DNA from: Lama guanicoe
Lineage: Eukaryota
NCBI GenBank assembly: GCA_013239625.1
Contig: MU053482.1
Span: forward strand, 4,477,775 to 4,541,774
Direction of reading: 5' to 3'
DNA length: 64,000 nucleotides
Shown: positions 1 through 11,370 of the stretch, piece after piece
How the letters are laid out: each line of letters begins with the position of its first letter
How positions within the stretch are numbered: position 1 is the first letter of the stretch
Translations under genes and position numbers: made by a program
The notes under the pieces: generated by a model
What the model saw: only the letters and a program-made list of their open reading frames with translations
The model's database searches: none
What the model was told of the DNA's origin: nothing

Positions 1-784
1 AAGATGAAGGAAGTGGTGCCCAGGTGAGCATCAGGATAGACATTATTGAGCAATGGGATCATCTGAAACCATGAATGTTTTAACCGTTAATTTCAATCAT
101 TTTTAAGTCTTACTGTGCAGTACTTCTTGGTTCCCAACTGACACAGGTCACCTTGCAGTCTTAGATTATAGAACTTAATTTCTATTTGGCAATTCTCAAA
201 GGATTTCAGTGGAGGAGGGGGAAAGGAATTCTCACTATGATATATACTAAATATTCAGAACCACTCTTTCTCTGTCTCTCCTTGGTCTTTGAAAAACCAA
301 GAATGTTTGTAATACAATAATGAAATAAAAATAAAGCCATTCATCAAGAACCCTGTATTTATTTTCTTTATGTCTGAAGTTTGTTAAATCCTAATTATCC
401 TGAACTATTTTCATACTGCTGAGCAGCCTCCACTTATGAAGTCAGTAATTAATATTCAATTTGCCTAGAGCTTTCAGATTTGCATGTTAATTATTGATTT
501 CTTAATCACCAGGATGGGTATTTGAGAGCTTTAGAGAACACTGACATTTCAGTAAATGTTACAGAGTGATCATCTCTGTAGATTAGGTTTTTAAGAAAAT
601 ATTTTATAATCTTTATTTTCAGATTTCCTCTCCACCTGCAGCTCTGATTCTTTTCCTGAAGCATCTGTGTAAGCTTTGCACTGGTATTATTGATATAATT
701 ATGAGTATGAATCTGGAAAAGGACAATTCTCCTTTATGGTCTCAACCTGACCATCTGTCTACCAGTTCATCTCTCCAGCAGAGC

Positions 785-1138
785 TGGAGTGAGGAACATT
801 GGCAACACAAGCAGATTAGAAGGAGATGAAGTGTTTGGTTAGACACTGGGGAAGTGATCCAGCTATAATGGTTGGTCTAGTTGCAACATCTGGATTATCC
901 AAAGCACAGAACTCAAAGAGACTCTATTCAGGGAACAGAGAAAATTGATGGGAGGTAGTTCTGATGGCAGAGAACACTTAATGCTCAGGTAGCAGCAGCA
1001 GCAAGTTGTGACCAATTAGGTCTTTCACAGCAGGACCCCAGCCAGTCATGAGAGGACCCAAGGAACAGGTCTATTCAACTCCTGGGGAAAGGAACTGACA
1101 AGAAACAAACATGTTCTCATGAACTTAAGTGACTGGGC
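785..1138 (+). mobile_element. Degraded Myb/SANT-like (Myb_DNA-bind_4/MSANTD-type) coding relic; probable Harbinger ORF1
   Basis: Manual translation across frameshifts: WSEE (785-796); KEMKCLVRHWGSDPAIMVGL..N.KRLY (820-927); WQRTLNAQV (965-991); GKGTDKKQTCSHELK*LG (1085-1138). The order matches the ExxxL+xxWG..N..Y..RT..Q..RKTC.FY.EL..LG pattern of this family. Confidence 0.45.
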
Positions 1139-1226
1139 TGGTGCTCATATCAGAGCCCCAGACTGAATAGAGAGCCTAAGTGTCTTCTGACCATAGTCTT
1201 TGCACGGCTGGAGTCAGAGGAGTGTG

Positions 1227-1254
1227 CACACACACACAGACACACACACACACA
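1227..1254. repeat. (CA)n microsatellite
   Basis: CA run with one GA interruption. Confidence 0.95.
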
Positions 1255-1517
1255 TGGACTCATCAACATGGGGCAGCTCATGGAGTATTTCATGAGTGAG
1301 GATCCTGGAAAAAAGATAAATATACCAAGTTCATCCAAGCCATGCTGGAATAGGTCTGTGGGAGACCAGTCGAGAGCCAGGAGTAGACATGCTTGGGCAA
1401 ATGCTGGAAGAAACGGGGTGGAAGGAAAGGATATTGTAGTCATGTAAGAGACTGGACAACAAACAGGCAAGATAGAGGAGGTGTAGATATGAAGTGGGGC
1501 AGCTTAAAAATAAATCT

Positions 1518-1702
1518 TGAGAGCTTCCAGGTTGGTGAACACTGGAGATTTGAGGCGAACGGCATACTTGGAAAGAGCATCATGATAGCTCCACACCCTT
1601 TCCCCATACCTTGGCCTCTACATCTCCTCCATCTGGATGTTCATCTGTATCCTTTATCATACCTTTTTTATAATAAACCAGTAACCTAGCAAGTAAACTG
1701 TT
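1518..1702 (+). mobile_element. MER21-like LTR fragment
   Basis: gagagcttccaggttggtgaacac...tgttcatctgtatcctt...ttataataaaccagtaa matches the MER21 3' region as recalled. Confidence 0.75.
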
Positions 1703-2151
1703 AAAAAAATTTTAAGTCTTGAAAATACAACTGCTGCATTTTTTCCTTGCTGTTTGACACCCTACTGCCCAAATAGTGAACAGGTCTCGAAATGAAAGGC
1801 TCCCACCAGACAAGTGTTAAGGGTTAGAAAATGCTATGGTGTAGATGCTCTCCAGCACCCAGTGACCTTGGAACAGCAGCTCTTCAACAACAGGTTACTA
1901 GAGTGGGGCTGATACAACACAAATGTCATTTCTGTTCTCAGGACTGGCTAATAAATGGAGCGGGCCTAAGCCCACAGAGGGAGCCAGAGAAGCCAGAAAG
2001 AAAGGAATGGGGCTTGACAGAAGGCTATTGTGAAATTCCAGGCTCCTAATTTATGCTGACCCTTACGTTAATTCTACTTAATGAATTGATCCAAAGAGGA
2101 TATTTCCCAGCAAGAAACTTAATAGACAAAATAACATATTAATATCAATGT

Positions 2152-2208
2152 CATATATATATATATACATATACATATACATATATATGTATATGTATAT
2201 ACATATAT
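2152..2208. repeat. (TA)n/(TACATA)n microsatellite
   Basis: Direct inspection. Confidence 0.95.
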
Positions 2209-2598
2209 CTTTAAGTATCCCAAAATAGTTAATGGGGTTTTCAATAGATTGGTTGACCATTTTTCCACCATACACGAGAAATGGATTTGGGAAACTTAAT
2301 TATGGTTAGTACCTTTTAAATTACCTACATGAATCCACTTTTTAAGCAACTTTACACAACCACCTAAACTTTTTAAACTGGGGGCAACTTGCCAGCAGTT
2401 ATCCCAACTCAAGATGGTTGACCATGTACACATCCATCGTCGCCTTTACATTCTACTGCATCTTTTTCCTGAAACATTTCTGCCCCATGCTGAGCTCTAA
2501 GCCTGGCTTTGAAGCGATCCAACATAAGTTTGATGTAGCAGTCACTTTAAAAGGGCTCAGCCAGTGCTCAGTCCTGACCCTCTTCTCACTTACCTGCT

Positions 2599-2992
2599 GT
2601 GGTAGATTGTATTAATAGCTCCAACTCTTCATCCTCCCTGGATCTGTTCCCTTTCATTATGATGTTTCAACCTCTCTTACAAAAAAAAGCAAGCAATTCT
2701 GTGCCTACCTCCAACCTGGGTTCTATCATGTGACTCACTTTGCCGAGTGAAAGTGAGCGAACAGATGTTTGAAAAGTGCTTTTTCTGGTCCTGGCTAAAT
2801 GTACCTTCCGGATCTTCTTGATCTCTGACGTGTTCTCAGTTACTCCCACCTCTGTCTCAGGAATATATGAAAATTCAAGTGTTCATCCTTCTCAAGGCAG
2901 CAGATCAGTAGGATTGTCCTCTCTGCCCTGATAGCCATATTTTATTTTCCTGTTTCCATGCCACAGCAGCAGGGGACTTACTAAAAAGCTGA
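2599..2992 (+). mobile_element. MLT1-family MaLR LTR, old
   Basis: Starts tgtggtagattgtatt; contains catgtgactcactttg; 3' end resembles ...cagcagcagg..gactta. Confidence 0.6.
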
Positions 2993-3561
2993 CATCTCCT
3001 AGGATTCCCTTGACTCTCAGATGCCCCTTGTTTTCTAGAGGTTACAGTCTCTTTACAAACAGTTTGCAGTTGATACTGGGGACCCCTTTCTCAATGACCA
3101 TCACCTGCATACAGTCTCTTCCTTCATTCCCAACTCTTTTCTCTAAGTACAGAGATTTTTCTTTTCCTCTAATAGTAGAAATAGGGAGAAAAGGGAATTG
3201 GCTAGTCAGGTGTTCTTCCAAAGCAATTTCTTATGTCAAGACAATTTATTTTGTTTTTGTTTTCTTTCCATTTCTGCAATGACCTCCCTTCCCTGATAGC
3301 CAACGTGCTAGTTTCAATGCTGGGAAGGGCAATAGACCAAATAAGGGAACTGAGACAGCAACAGCAACACACCAGCAGAAATCAATTACTACCCCATCTG
3401 TTCATTTGTATATCAGACCAATAAGTGCCAACTCACAGACAGGTGTGATCCAGGTGAACTGACAAGTCACCTGAAGTATCAAGTGTAAAACAGGAGCTCA
3501 GAAGGAGTATCACACAGTGGACACCAAAGTAGAATAAAGCTATTGATAGAAACCCCAAGCC

Positions 3562-4175
3562 ATGGAGATGTCAAAAGTAAGAGAAGATAAAATAGAAAGC
3601 TCCACACTAAGGCAAGGGTGTGGGATTCAAGGGGAGGCAATTGAGACTGGAGTTCATTGTGCACATGCAATGGCAGGCCAGAGAGATACCACTGTGGCCA
3701 TAGCCTGCTATTTTCAACATGCTCAAGTCTCAACTGTGCTGAGACCACACTTTCTCCTTTCTAATGCAGCCATGTTCATAAAGCACTGCCTAACAATCCG
3801 GAGGAGTCTGGAAAGCATCCGCTTTCATCTCCAAATGGAATATGAACAAGCGCTCATGGTTTTTTGAGTTTTGCCACATTCTCATGTCTTAGGGATGCTT
3901 TGGTCATGTGATCATAGGTACACATATTGCTGTCCCACCACTCTCACCTGTTGCAAGTTCCCTCCTTGCAGTCAGTCAAATCTTCTACAGATTCACCCCG
4001 ATATTTTGAGGGTTTCAATTATTAGAACCAAGCATTTCTGATATTAAGGTATTTATCAGTCCTCCATCAACATGATGAAAGACGGAAGCATTGCCACATC
4101 CACACTCACAAGGTCCAACACATAAAGGGATAAAATAGGATCCCCTTCCTCTTCCAAGCCAGCCTCCTATAAGTG
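3562..4175 (+). mobile_element. Degraded PIF/Harbinger DDE transposase (DDE_Tnp_4/HARBI1-like) relic
   Basis: Ordered motifs: MEMSKVREDKI (~FRMSK.TFD.L); IACYFQHAQVSTVLRPHF (~IA.RFQHS.ETVSRHF); GCFGHVIIGTHIAVP at 3893-3937 (~C.GAIDGTHI); then in the same frame LAVSQIFYRFTPIF*G...SISDIKVF at 3965-4054 (~LAV.D.YRF.Y..G..GS.SD..VF); QSSINMMKDGSI; IPFLFQA..ASY (~VPYVFVAD.AY). Confidence 0.65.
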
Positions 4176-4264
4176 ATTGAGATTCTTCTTTTTTTTCCTT
4201 CTCTCCCCAAATTGGTTCTTAATTCCTTGTCCACTTTTCCTAACTTGGGTCTAATGATCACTCC

Positions 4265-4475
4265 CAAGCTAGGTCAGATGTCCCTTCCCTGGGTTCCATG
4301 ATACATTACACATCTTTCTGCCACTCTACTTCCAATTATTTTTAAACTCCCTGTTTATAAGCCTCACTGGACTGTGAACTCCTCCAAGGGGGGTACTACG
4401 TCTTTTTGCCACTTCTCTATCTCATTCATCTCTGAAACCTCAGGACCAGCCAAGCACAGGGCTTGGCATACCTTA
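4265..4475 (+). mobile_element. L2 LINE 3' fragment
   Basis: cactggactgtgaactcctccaagg...agcacagggcttggcata is a typical L2 tail. Confidence 0.65.
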
Positions 4476-6470
4476 GACTTTAGGAATATATAGTGGTGGT
4501 CAAAGCAGACTTGAAGTAATTGCAGTCTCTGAGCCTTGTCCAGAAATCTGGTACAGCTGCCAGAATCTCTTGGCCTTTACCCATTACCCTGCCCATGAAC
4601 TAAGCCTCACATGGTTCTGGTAATCACCTGGACTGGTTCAGCTCAGCCATGAGTCTCAAACACCCTAGAAGAAACACCTGGAGAAGAGGAAAAGGGAAAT
4701 ATTTGAGCAAGTGCAGCCAGAACACTGGTCAGAGACAAGCTGTGGAAAAACAAACATCCTCCACCTAAAAACGGATGTGCAAGCACTCTGTACTGCGAGG
4801 TGCTGTCTGGGCCAAGGATAATCATTGTTTCTGCTGTCTGGACCACTGGAGACAGGATGCATGACCCCGGTGCATCTTTTCCGTCTTTGTCATATATTAT
4901 TCTATGAATTTTTGATGTTTCAATCTGTGTGCTTTGGGGAGAATAGTGGTGATTACAAAAGAGTACTTTCCATTCTCCGGGGCGTGTGATAGATGGCTGG
5001 TTTCCAGGCATGTTTCCCTGCAGGAGGGAGAAGCCAAGGGGGTGTGATGCTAGCTGTGAGCAGTTCTTACCTACATCACTTCTGAAAGGCAGACTAAATC
5101 CTTTCAAGATAGGAAACTGTGGGTTTGCCTCTTCCCCATTTTGGCAATTATCCTTAGGCTGCTCTCTTTCATACAGTTATGGAGTGGTTATTTGGGATTA
5201 AAGGAGCAATTGAATCTGTATCAAAAATAAGTTTGCGATTCCTCGCCTCCCTGACAAACATGTTATGACTGCCTTTGCAAAGGGGCATTTACCTGTCTGT
5301 CAGAAATATACTTTGTTTTCATTTGGTGTGAAATCCTCTTTTACTTCCGAAAACGCAACTGTGGAATAAAACAGAGGCTTCTGACAGTCACTTCCCAAGG
5401 GGCAGCACGAGCCTGCACCCTGTGCATGTGGGTCCTGGCCTTCGAGCGGCACCATTTGCCAAGGAAATGCAGTCGTGGCCCCGTGTCCTTCAAAAATAGA
5501 ACCCAAGGATTTCCTTCATTTCCAAGGATATTTCCTTCATTTCCGGCTGCTGCACTCATTCACATGCCATTTAAGAGATTCCTTTCCCGAATGGCCTCGC
5601 CAGTTTTTCCGGAAATAAGTACTTTGCATTTAAAGGAGGTTAGCTCAGTGACGGCAGAGTCCCTACCTCATTAAGATCCCGGGACGTGGGTGCTCTCCTG
5701 CTTCTTAAATGTACTCAGAGTTAGCAGCGCATCATCCTTCGGTTGAGTCACCCAGTTTTCAGGCTATCATCTCTCGCACTTAATGAAAACCTTGAAAGTG
5801 TGTTGTCAAGAGCCAGCTCTACTATTAGTGGTAATACCCACCTGGAGCTCTCAATTTGCAGAGTGCTTTCACATTCACTGCCTCTTTTGAGCCGTTTAAC
5901 AATCTTAGGAGGTGTTTTCCCACTTTCCAGATCAGAAAATGAAGGCTTGGTGAGGATAGGGGTCTTTCCAAAGTGAAGAACACTATGGATAGCCTAACCC
6001 AACTCTCCTGAGTAGATACCCCAGGCTTCTTCCATGGCCAAAGAAAAATCATTAGCAATTAGCCCAAAAGTTATGGGACTGCGGCCTGGACCCAGCTGTG
6101 TGCTGAGCATGCCCACAGTTTCCTGTGGGATTCTAGCATACAGGCAGGGCTGAGAACTGCTGCATTCCCCCACACAGCTCTCCTCCAGTCTCTGGTCCTG
6201 AGCTCAGGGATGACAATGGGAGCAGTGACTTTTCATGTAGCAAGAGGCTGGGGCTTCGTGTATGTGGGTGGGTGGGTGTGGTGGGGGAGGGCACGGGAAG
6301 AAGTGTCTAATCTGCATATGGACCAAAGGAACTCTGAGAAGTCAGGGTAATGCGGTCCCTCTTCCTTAAGTATCTTCACTGAAAGAACTGGTGAAGAGGT
6401 TTTGGAGAAATGTGATCAGTCCCTAGCCACAAATTTAAGACTGACTTTGTATATTGCACATTTATTTTAT

Positions 6471-6693
6471 CTCAGTTTCTCAGTCTCTGCACTAGTGACA
6501 TCTGAGGCCAGGTAAGTCTTTATTGTGGCTGCTGTCTTGTGTATTTTAGGACATTTAGTGGCATCCCTCGCTTCAACCCATTAATATCAATAGTGGCCCC
6601 ATCTACCCGCATTGTGACAGCCAAAAATATCTCCAGATATTCCCAAATGTCTTCAGAGGAACAAAATCAACCACCCCCAGTTGACAACTACTG
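6471..6693 (+). mobile_element. MER20 (hAT-Charlie) non-autonomous DNA transposon
   Basis: tttctcagtctctgcactagtgacat...tgtgacagccaaaaatatctccagatatt...ccagttgacaactactg. Confidence 0.85.
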
Positions 6694-6887
6694 CTTTATG
6701 TCATTGCGTCAAGTGTACACTTATCTGGCTCCCCTTAACTGCGGGCTACTTGAAGGCAGGGGCTGTGCTGTACTCACCTCTATAATCCCCCAACCTGGCA
6801 GCACACAGTGGAGACCTTTCAATTCACAGTGACCATTTACAATGACTTGTTGTTCCCAGGGTTTGTACTTCACAGTCCTGGTCCCTT

Positions 6888-7500
6888 TGAGACAGGAGGG
6901 GAAGGGGTAGGGCACAACCACAAAAAGACTAACACAGCAATTAGCACCAAGATGGTGGAAGATTCAACTCCCAGTAGACCTTGCGCTTCATTATACACTT
7001 GTAATACATTAGCATGGTAAATGGCACTCCCACAGGCACCATGACGGTTCCAAGGCTGACCATAAAAGGTCAAAGAGTGGGTGACAGCCCAGTTCCTGGG
7101 AATCCCTGCCCCTTCCCCAAAGTAGTTGGAATAATCCTCCCACTTGTTAGCATTTGAAGTTACCGAGCCCATAACAACTAACAACCCTGCACCTTGTGGC
7201 CTTTCCCTTGCCTTTTGAGATGACGTGTACTCTGTCTATGGAGTGTGTATCTACTTTTACTTTAAATTAAACATCCACCTTCATGCCACATGGCTTCTCT
7301 GGGCTTCTGAGATGGCCTACACTCTGCCTATGGAGTGCATATCTCTCTGAATAAATCTATTTTTACTCAACTACGGCTCACTCTTGAATTCTTCCCCACT
7401 TGAAGCCAAAGACCCTCACTTGGCAGGGTATGTACCAGAGACTTGACCAAGACCTTGGACGTGGTCATCTGCTCATGCCCCATTTTTCCTTGGCCCATCA
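6888..7500 (+). mobile_element. Complete solo ERV1 LTR, MER41-like
   Basis: TG...CA termini; 4-bp target-site duplication (TSD) CCTT at 6884-6887 and 7501-7504; MER41-like core cattagcatg..cactcccac..ccatgac; AATAAA near 7350. Confidence 0.85.
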
Positions 7501-7639
7501 CCTTGGCCATAGTTTATTTTACAAGAGGTGATGGCTAATTCAAACTCAACAAATCAGATTCTCCCTCCTGTTGGAACCAAGACTGATGGGCTCTACCAAA
7601 GCATGGGCTGGTCTTTTGCACAGATGAGTTGGGAGCTGT

Positions 7640-7926
7640 GAGCAGCCTCTTGCACTTATCACATGAACCAAGAAGCAGAGAAAGCCAATCTTCCAAGAAA
7701 TAAGAATGAAACAGATATTCAAGTAGAGACTAGGGACTAAACGGTACACCTGTGGGTTCATGATGGTTTTTCAGACACTGCCTATTGACTTACAGTCCCT
7801 TCCTGATGCCAGGCTGCATTCCTGGCCTTGAGTTCTAGGAAACACCCCTCCATCTCTATGACAAACTCCCTTTTTTGTATGTTAAATAACGACTTGGATT
7901 TTGATACTTGTAATCAAAGAAACTCT
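7640..7926 (+). mobile_element. Old MLT1-type LTR 3' part
   Basis: acaaactccctttttt...ttttgatacttgtaatcaaagaaactcta resembles an MLT1 end. Confidence 0.5.
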
Positions 7927-8764
7927 ATAAATACATGGGATCTGGCGCTGGATAGATAGTCAACAAATTGTTTAATTAATTGATGAATTAATTAATGGGC
8001 CAGCAGCCAAAAACAAGAGGTAATGTGAGTAGCAGGGCTCTGGAAAAGCAGCAGCAGCATCACCATGGGCCACCTGGGGCCCACTAGGCTGGAGAAATGG
8101 CTCATCCCTCTAGACAGTGCCCAGCCTTGCCTGGAAGCAGAGGAGGATCCAGACACTGGGAGAGAAGGAGTTCAGCGAGTGACATGTGCAGTAATGAAAC
8201 CTGATAGAGTGTTGACAAGACTCCTGTCCCCTGGGATTCTAATTCAAACCACTGAGTCTTTCCAAGCCAGGCTCAGCCTGGGGTAACAGGTCTCCAACTG
8301 GTTGACAAAGAATTTAATGATTCCTTCAGCCACAGCTGCTGCTCCTGAAGTATTTCAAGGAGACTCCCATTTCTCAGTCATCCACACCACAGGGCAGTTG
8401 TGCTCCCAGGTCCCTCAGGATGAGCTGAGATTCCTTCTGGCTATGGGTCTGAAGCAGACTAGGACCCTAGGAAAGCTCTCCCAGCTCTCCCCTGGGCATA
8501 CCAGATGGCATTCAGCTCCAAAAGGCAAAAGGCACAAACTGAAGGGACCAAGCCGAGGTCCCGTGTGACATTAAGGGCAAGCAAACACACCCCTGCCTGA
8601 GGCCAGGTAGGAGGGACACCGAAGGTCCCTGGCCAACTGAAAGATCAGCAGATGAGTCTGAGTGGTGGGACTGATTTTAGTTATAACCAGTAAGCTCTGA
8701 ATGATTAAGTCACAGTGGCTACTGATTGTGGCAACAAATAAGTGAAATCAAAACCACACTGGCA

Positions 8765-9555
8765 GACACCTAAAAAGGTGCTCAAGTCATTATTCATTAG
8801 GGAAATATAATGCAAAATCACAATGAGATCATACCGCACATCCATTAGGATGATTTCTATCAAAAAAAAATCGAAAATAACAAATGTTGGCAAGGATGTA
8901 GAGAAATTAGAACCCTCGTTCATTGTTGGTAGGAATATAAAATGGTGCGGCCACTATGGAAAACAGTAAGGCAGTTCTTCAAAACTTTAAAATAGGATTA
9001 CCATATGATCCAACAATTCCACTCCTGGATATGTACCCAAAAGAACTGAAAGCAGAGTCTCAAAGAGATATTTGTACATCCATATTCATAGCAGCATTAT
9101 TCAGAATAGCCAAAAGGGAGAAACAACAGAAATGTCTATATGTAGATAAACTGACCCACAAATGTGGCATATACACACAATGGAACATCATTTCCCCTTA
9201 AAAAGGAATGAAATTCTGGTACACAGTATGATATGAATGAACCTTAAGGACATTACGCTAAGTGAAATCAACCAGTCACAAAAAGACGAATGCTGCATGG
9301 TTCCTCTCAGGCACAGCACCCAGAGTAGTCAAATTCATAGAAACAGGAAGCGCATGGTGGTTGCCAGGGGCCAGGGGGAGGTGGTGATGGAGAGCTGTTG
9401 TTTAATGGATATAGTTTCAGTTTTGCAAGATGAAGAAAGTTCTGGAGCTTGGCTGCATAGCAATGTTAATGTACTTAATGCTCCTGAACTGTAGACTTAA
9501 AATGGTTAAGGGGTAAATTTCATGTTATGTGCATTTTGTCACAATTTTTTAAAAA
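8765..9555 (+). mobile_element. L1MB-type LINE-1 3' end (ORF2 end + 3'UTR)
   Basis: LPYDPTIPLLDMYPKELK...IFIAALF motif of the ORF2 C-terminus; L1MB-like 3'UTR ending in an A-rich tail. Confidence 0.9.
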
Positions 9556-9839
9556 CCACCATAGTGGCCAAGAGTGTCACCAACATGCCAAGGCTAGAAA
9601 AATTAGACAGCTAACATCTCACTGAACAGATAGCCTTTGTGAAAGGCTCAAAGCATAAGGCCAACAACTGCCAACTCAGAGCTTCAGGAAAGGGACTTAT
9701 ATATAACTCTTATATAACATCCTAGGAGCCTTCCATACAGGGAAAAGTTGAGTCTCCCATCCTGGTCCACAGAGAAGCTGATCTTCTTAGAAGAACAATC
9801 ACAAAAAGGCTGTGTGTCACATTAACTCAAAGCAATGAC

Positions 9840-10030
9840 TTGTAGAGTCAGACAGCTTGATTCCACCACATACTCACTGTGTGAACTTGATCCTCTCTGT
9901 GCCCTCGTTTCCCCATGTGTAAAATGAAGATGATAACCCCAACCTCCCAGAGTTTCTAAGTACACTGAAAGAGGGCTTGTATTTAAAGCACTCACACCAA
10001 GCCTGGCATATGAGACTCGCAGCAAATTTC
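9840..10030 (+). mobile_element. MIR SINE
   Basis: ctctgtgccctcgtttccccatgtgtaaaatgaagatgataa core. Confidence 0.75.
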
Positions 10031-10794
10031 AGGCTCCCTTCCTCCTCTGAGCTGACTCTCCCTCCTGCTACTCCCTGACGTGGACCCCATCCGGTCCTTC
10101 AGAGCACCCTACACAGGCTTCCTTCCCCTACCGGGATAGTGCTTGTTTCACCCAAACTTCAATTTCCCCAGTTTCTACCTTCAGATAACCATCAGGACCT
10201 GAGGGATCCTTGGGACCACAGGTCCATGAGTCTCCATCACTTACCCGCAGACCCCACATCTAGGAAGGAACCACCCAGAGGAGAAGGCAGGTGATGTAGA
10301 ACTCTGAGAAGGGACTACCTGGGGTAAGGAGACACTCAGAAACCCCTAGGAACAGAGTTGCCCATCCCATAACAGTCCTCTAGCAATAAAGCAACAACTC
10401 AAAACCCTTCCATTGACAGGCCAAAGTGATCAGTTTTCCCTGAATCCCCCTCTCCTATCCTCCTTCTTCCAAGACAGCACTCGAGGGTGGATGAGTTGCC
10501 TATTTGTATGGTAGTGCCTCCCAGTTTTATTGCAAATTAAACATGCACACATTATAAACAAACAATAGATGTCTCCAGAGCAAATATACAGCTTTCAGAC
10601 CCCTCATAAATTCTTCAAGAGGAGCTCTTTGCAGTTTATAGCCTCAATACAATTTTGAGTGAGTTACGGCCCTTTGTGGGATGTCAGGAAGGAGACTGCT
10701 CACTTAGAGGGGCTTATAATGAGACTCCCCACTCTCTCACGTTGCTGCAAATGTACTCAGGGTTGGAGTGCGGTGAAATTCCAATCTCACCCTG

Positions 10795-10975
10795 GCCCAT
10801 GTGAGGACACAGCAAGAAGATAGCCATCTACGAACCAGGGAGCAGGCTCTCATCAAACACCAAGTCAGTGGATGCCTTGATCTTGGACTTTCTTGCCTCC
10901 AGAACCATGAACTTAAATAAATAAGTGTTTGTTGTTTAAGCCACTCAGTCCATGATGTTTCTGTTATAGCCCCGC
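10795..10975 (+). mobile_element. MLT1A/B LTR 3' half
   Basis: ccatgtgaggacacagcaagaag...ccttgatcttggactt...gttgtttaagccactcag. Confidence 0.85.
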
Positions 10976-11109
10976 AGTCATATTTTCTCTCTACTTTCTG
11001 TTTCTCTAGTTTCCTAATTTTTTATGATGAATATAAATTTTACAACAAAAAAAGAGCAAAATTTGTTTGTTAGAATTGTCTTTCCAAATGGTGCCAAAAT
11101 TTTAGAGAA

Positions 11110-11370
11110 AATAGAGTGCTGAAGACGCAGGCTCTGATAGACTTGTTTGACTCCCAGGATTAATTAGTTGTTCATTGTTTATCCCTCTGTGCCTCCATTT
11201 CTCATCTCTCTGTGCCTCCCTTTTCTCTTTAGTACCGTTTGGATGAAAATAATGCCTGCCTCACATTGTCATCGTGAGTATTAAATGGGATAAAATATGA
11301 CAAGCACTTTTCCCAACACCTGACATGTAACAGGTGCTTCAGAAGTGTTAGCGATCATTACTGTTGTCCC
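11110..11370 (+). mobile_element. MIR SINE
   Basis: ctctgtgcctccatttctcatct core; gtgagtattaaatgggataa. Confidence 0.65.

Noticed and set aside
3451..3473. Inverted repeat CAGGTGA...TCACCTG as a Harbinger terminal repeat
   Set aside because: Only 7 bp and 9 nt apart; it does not bracket the element.
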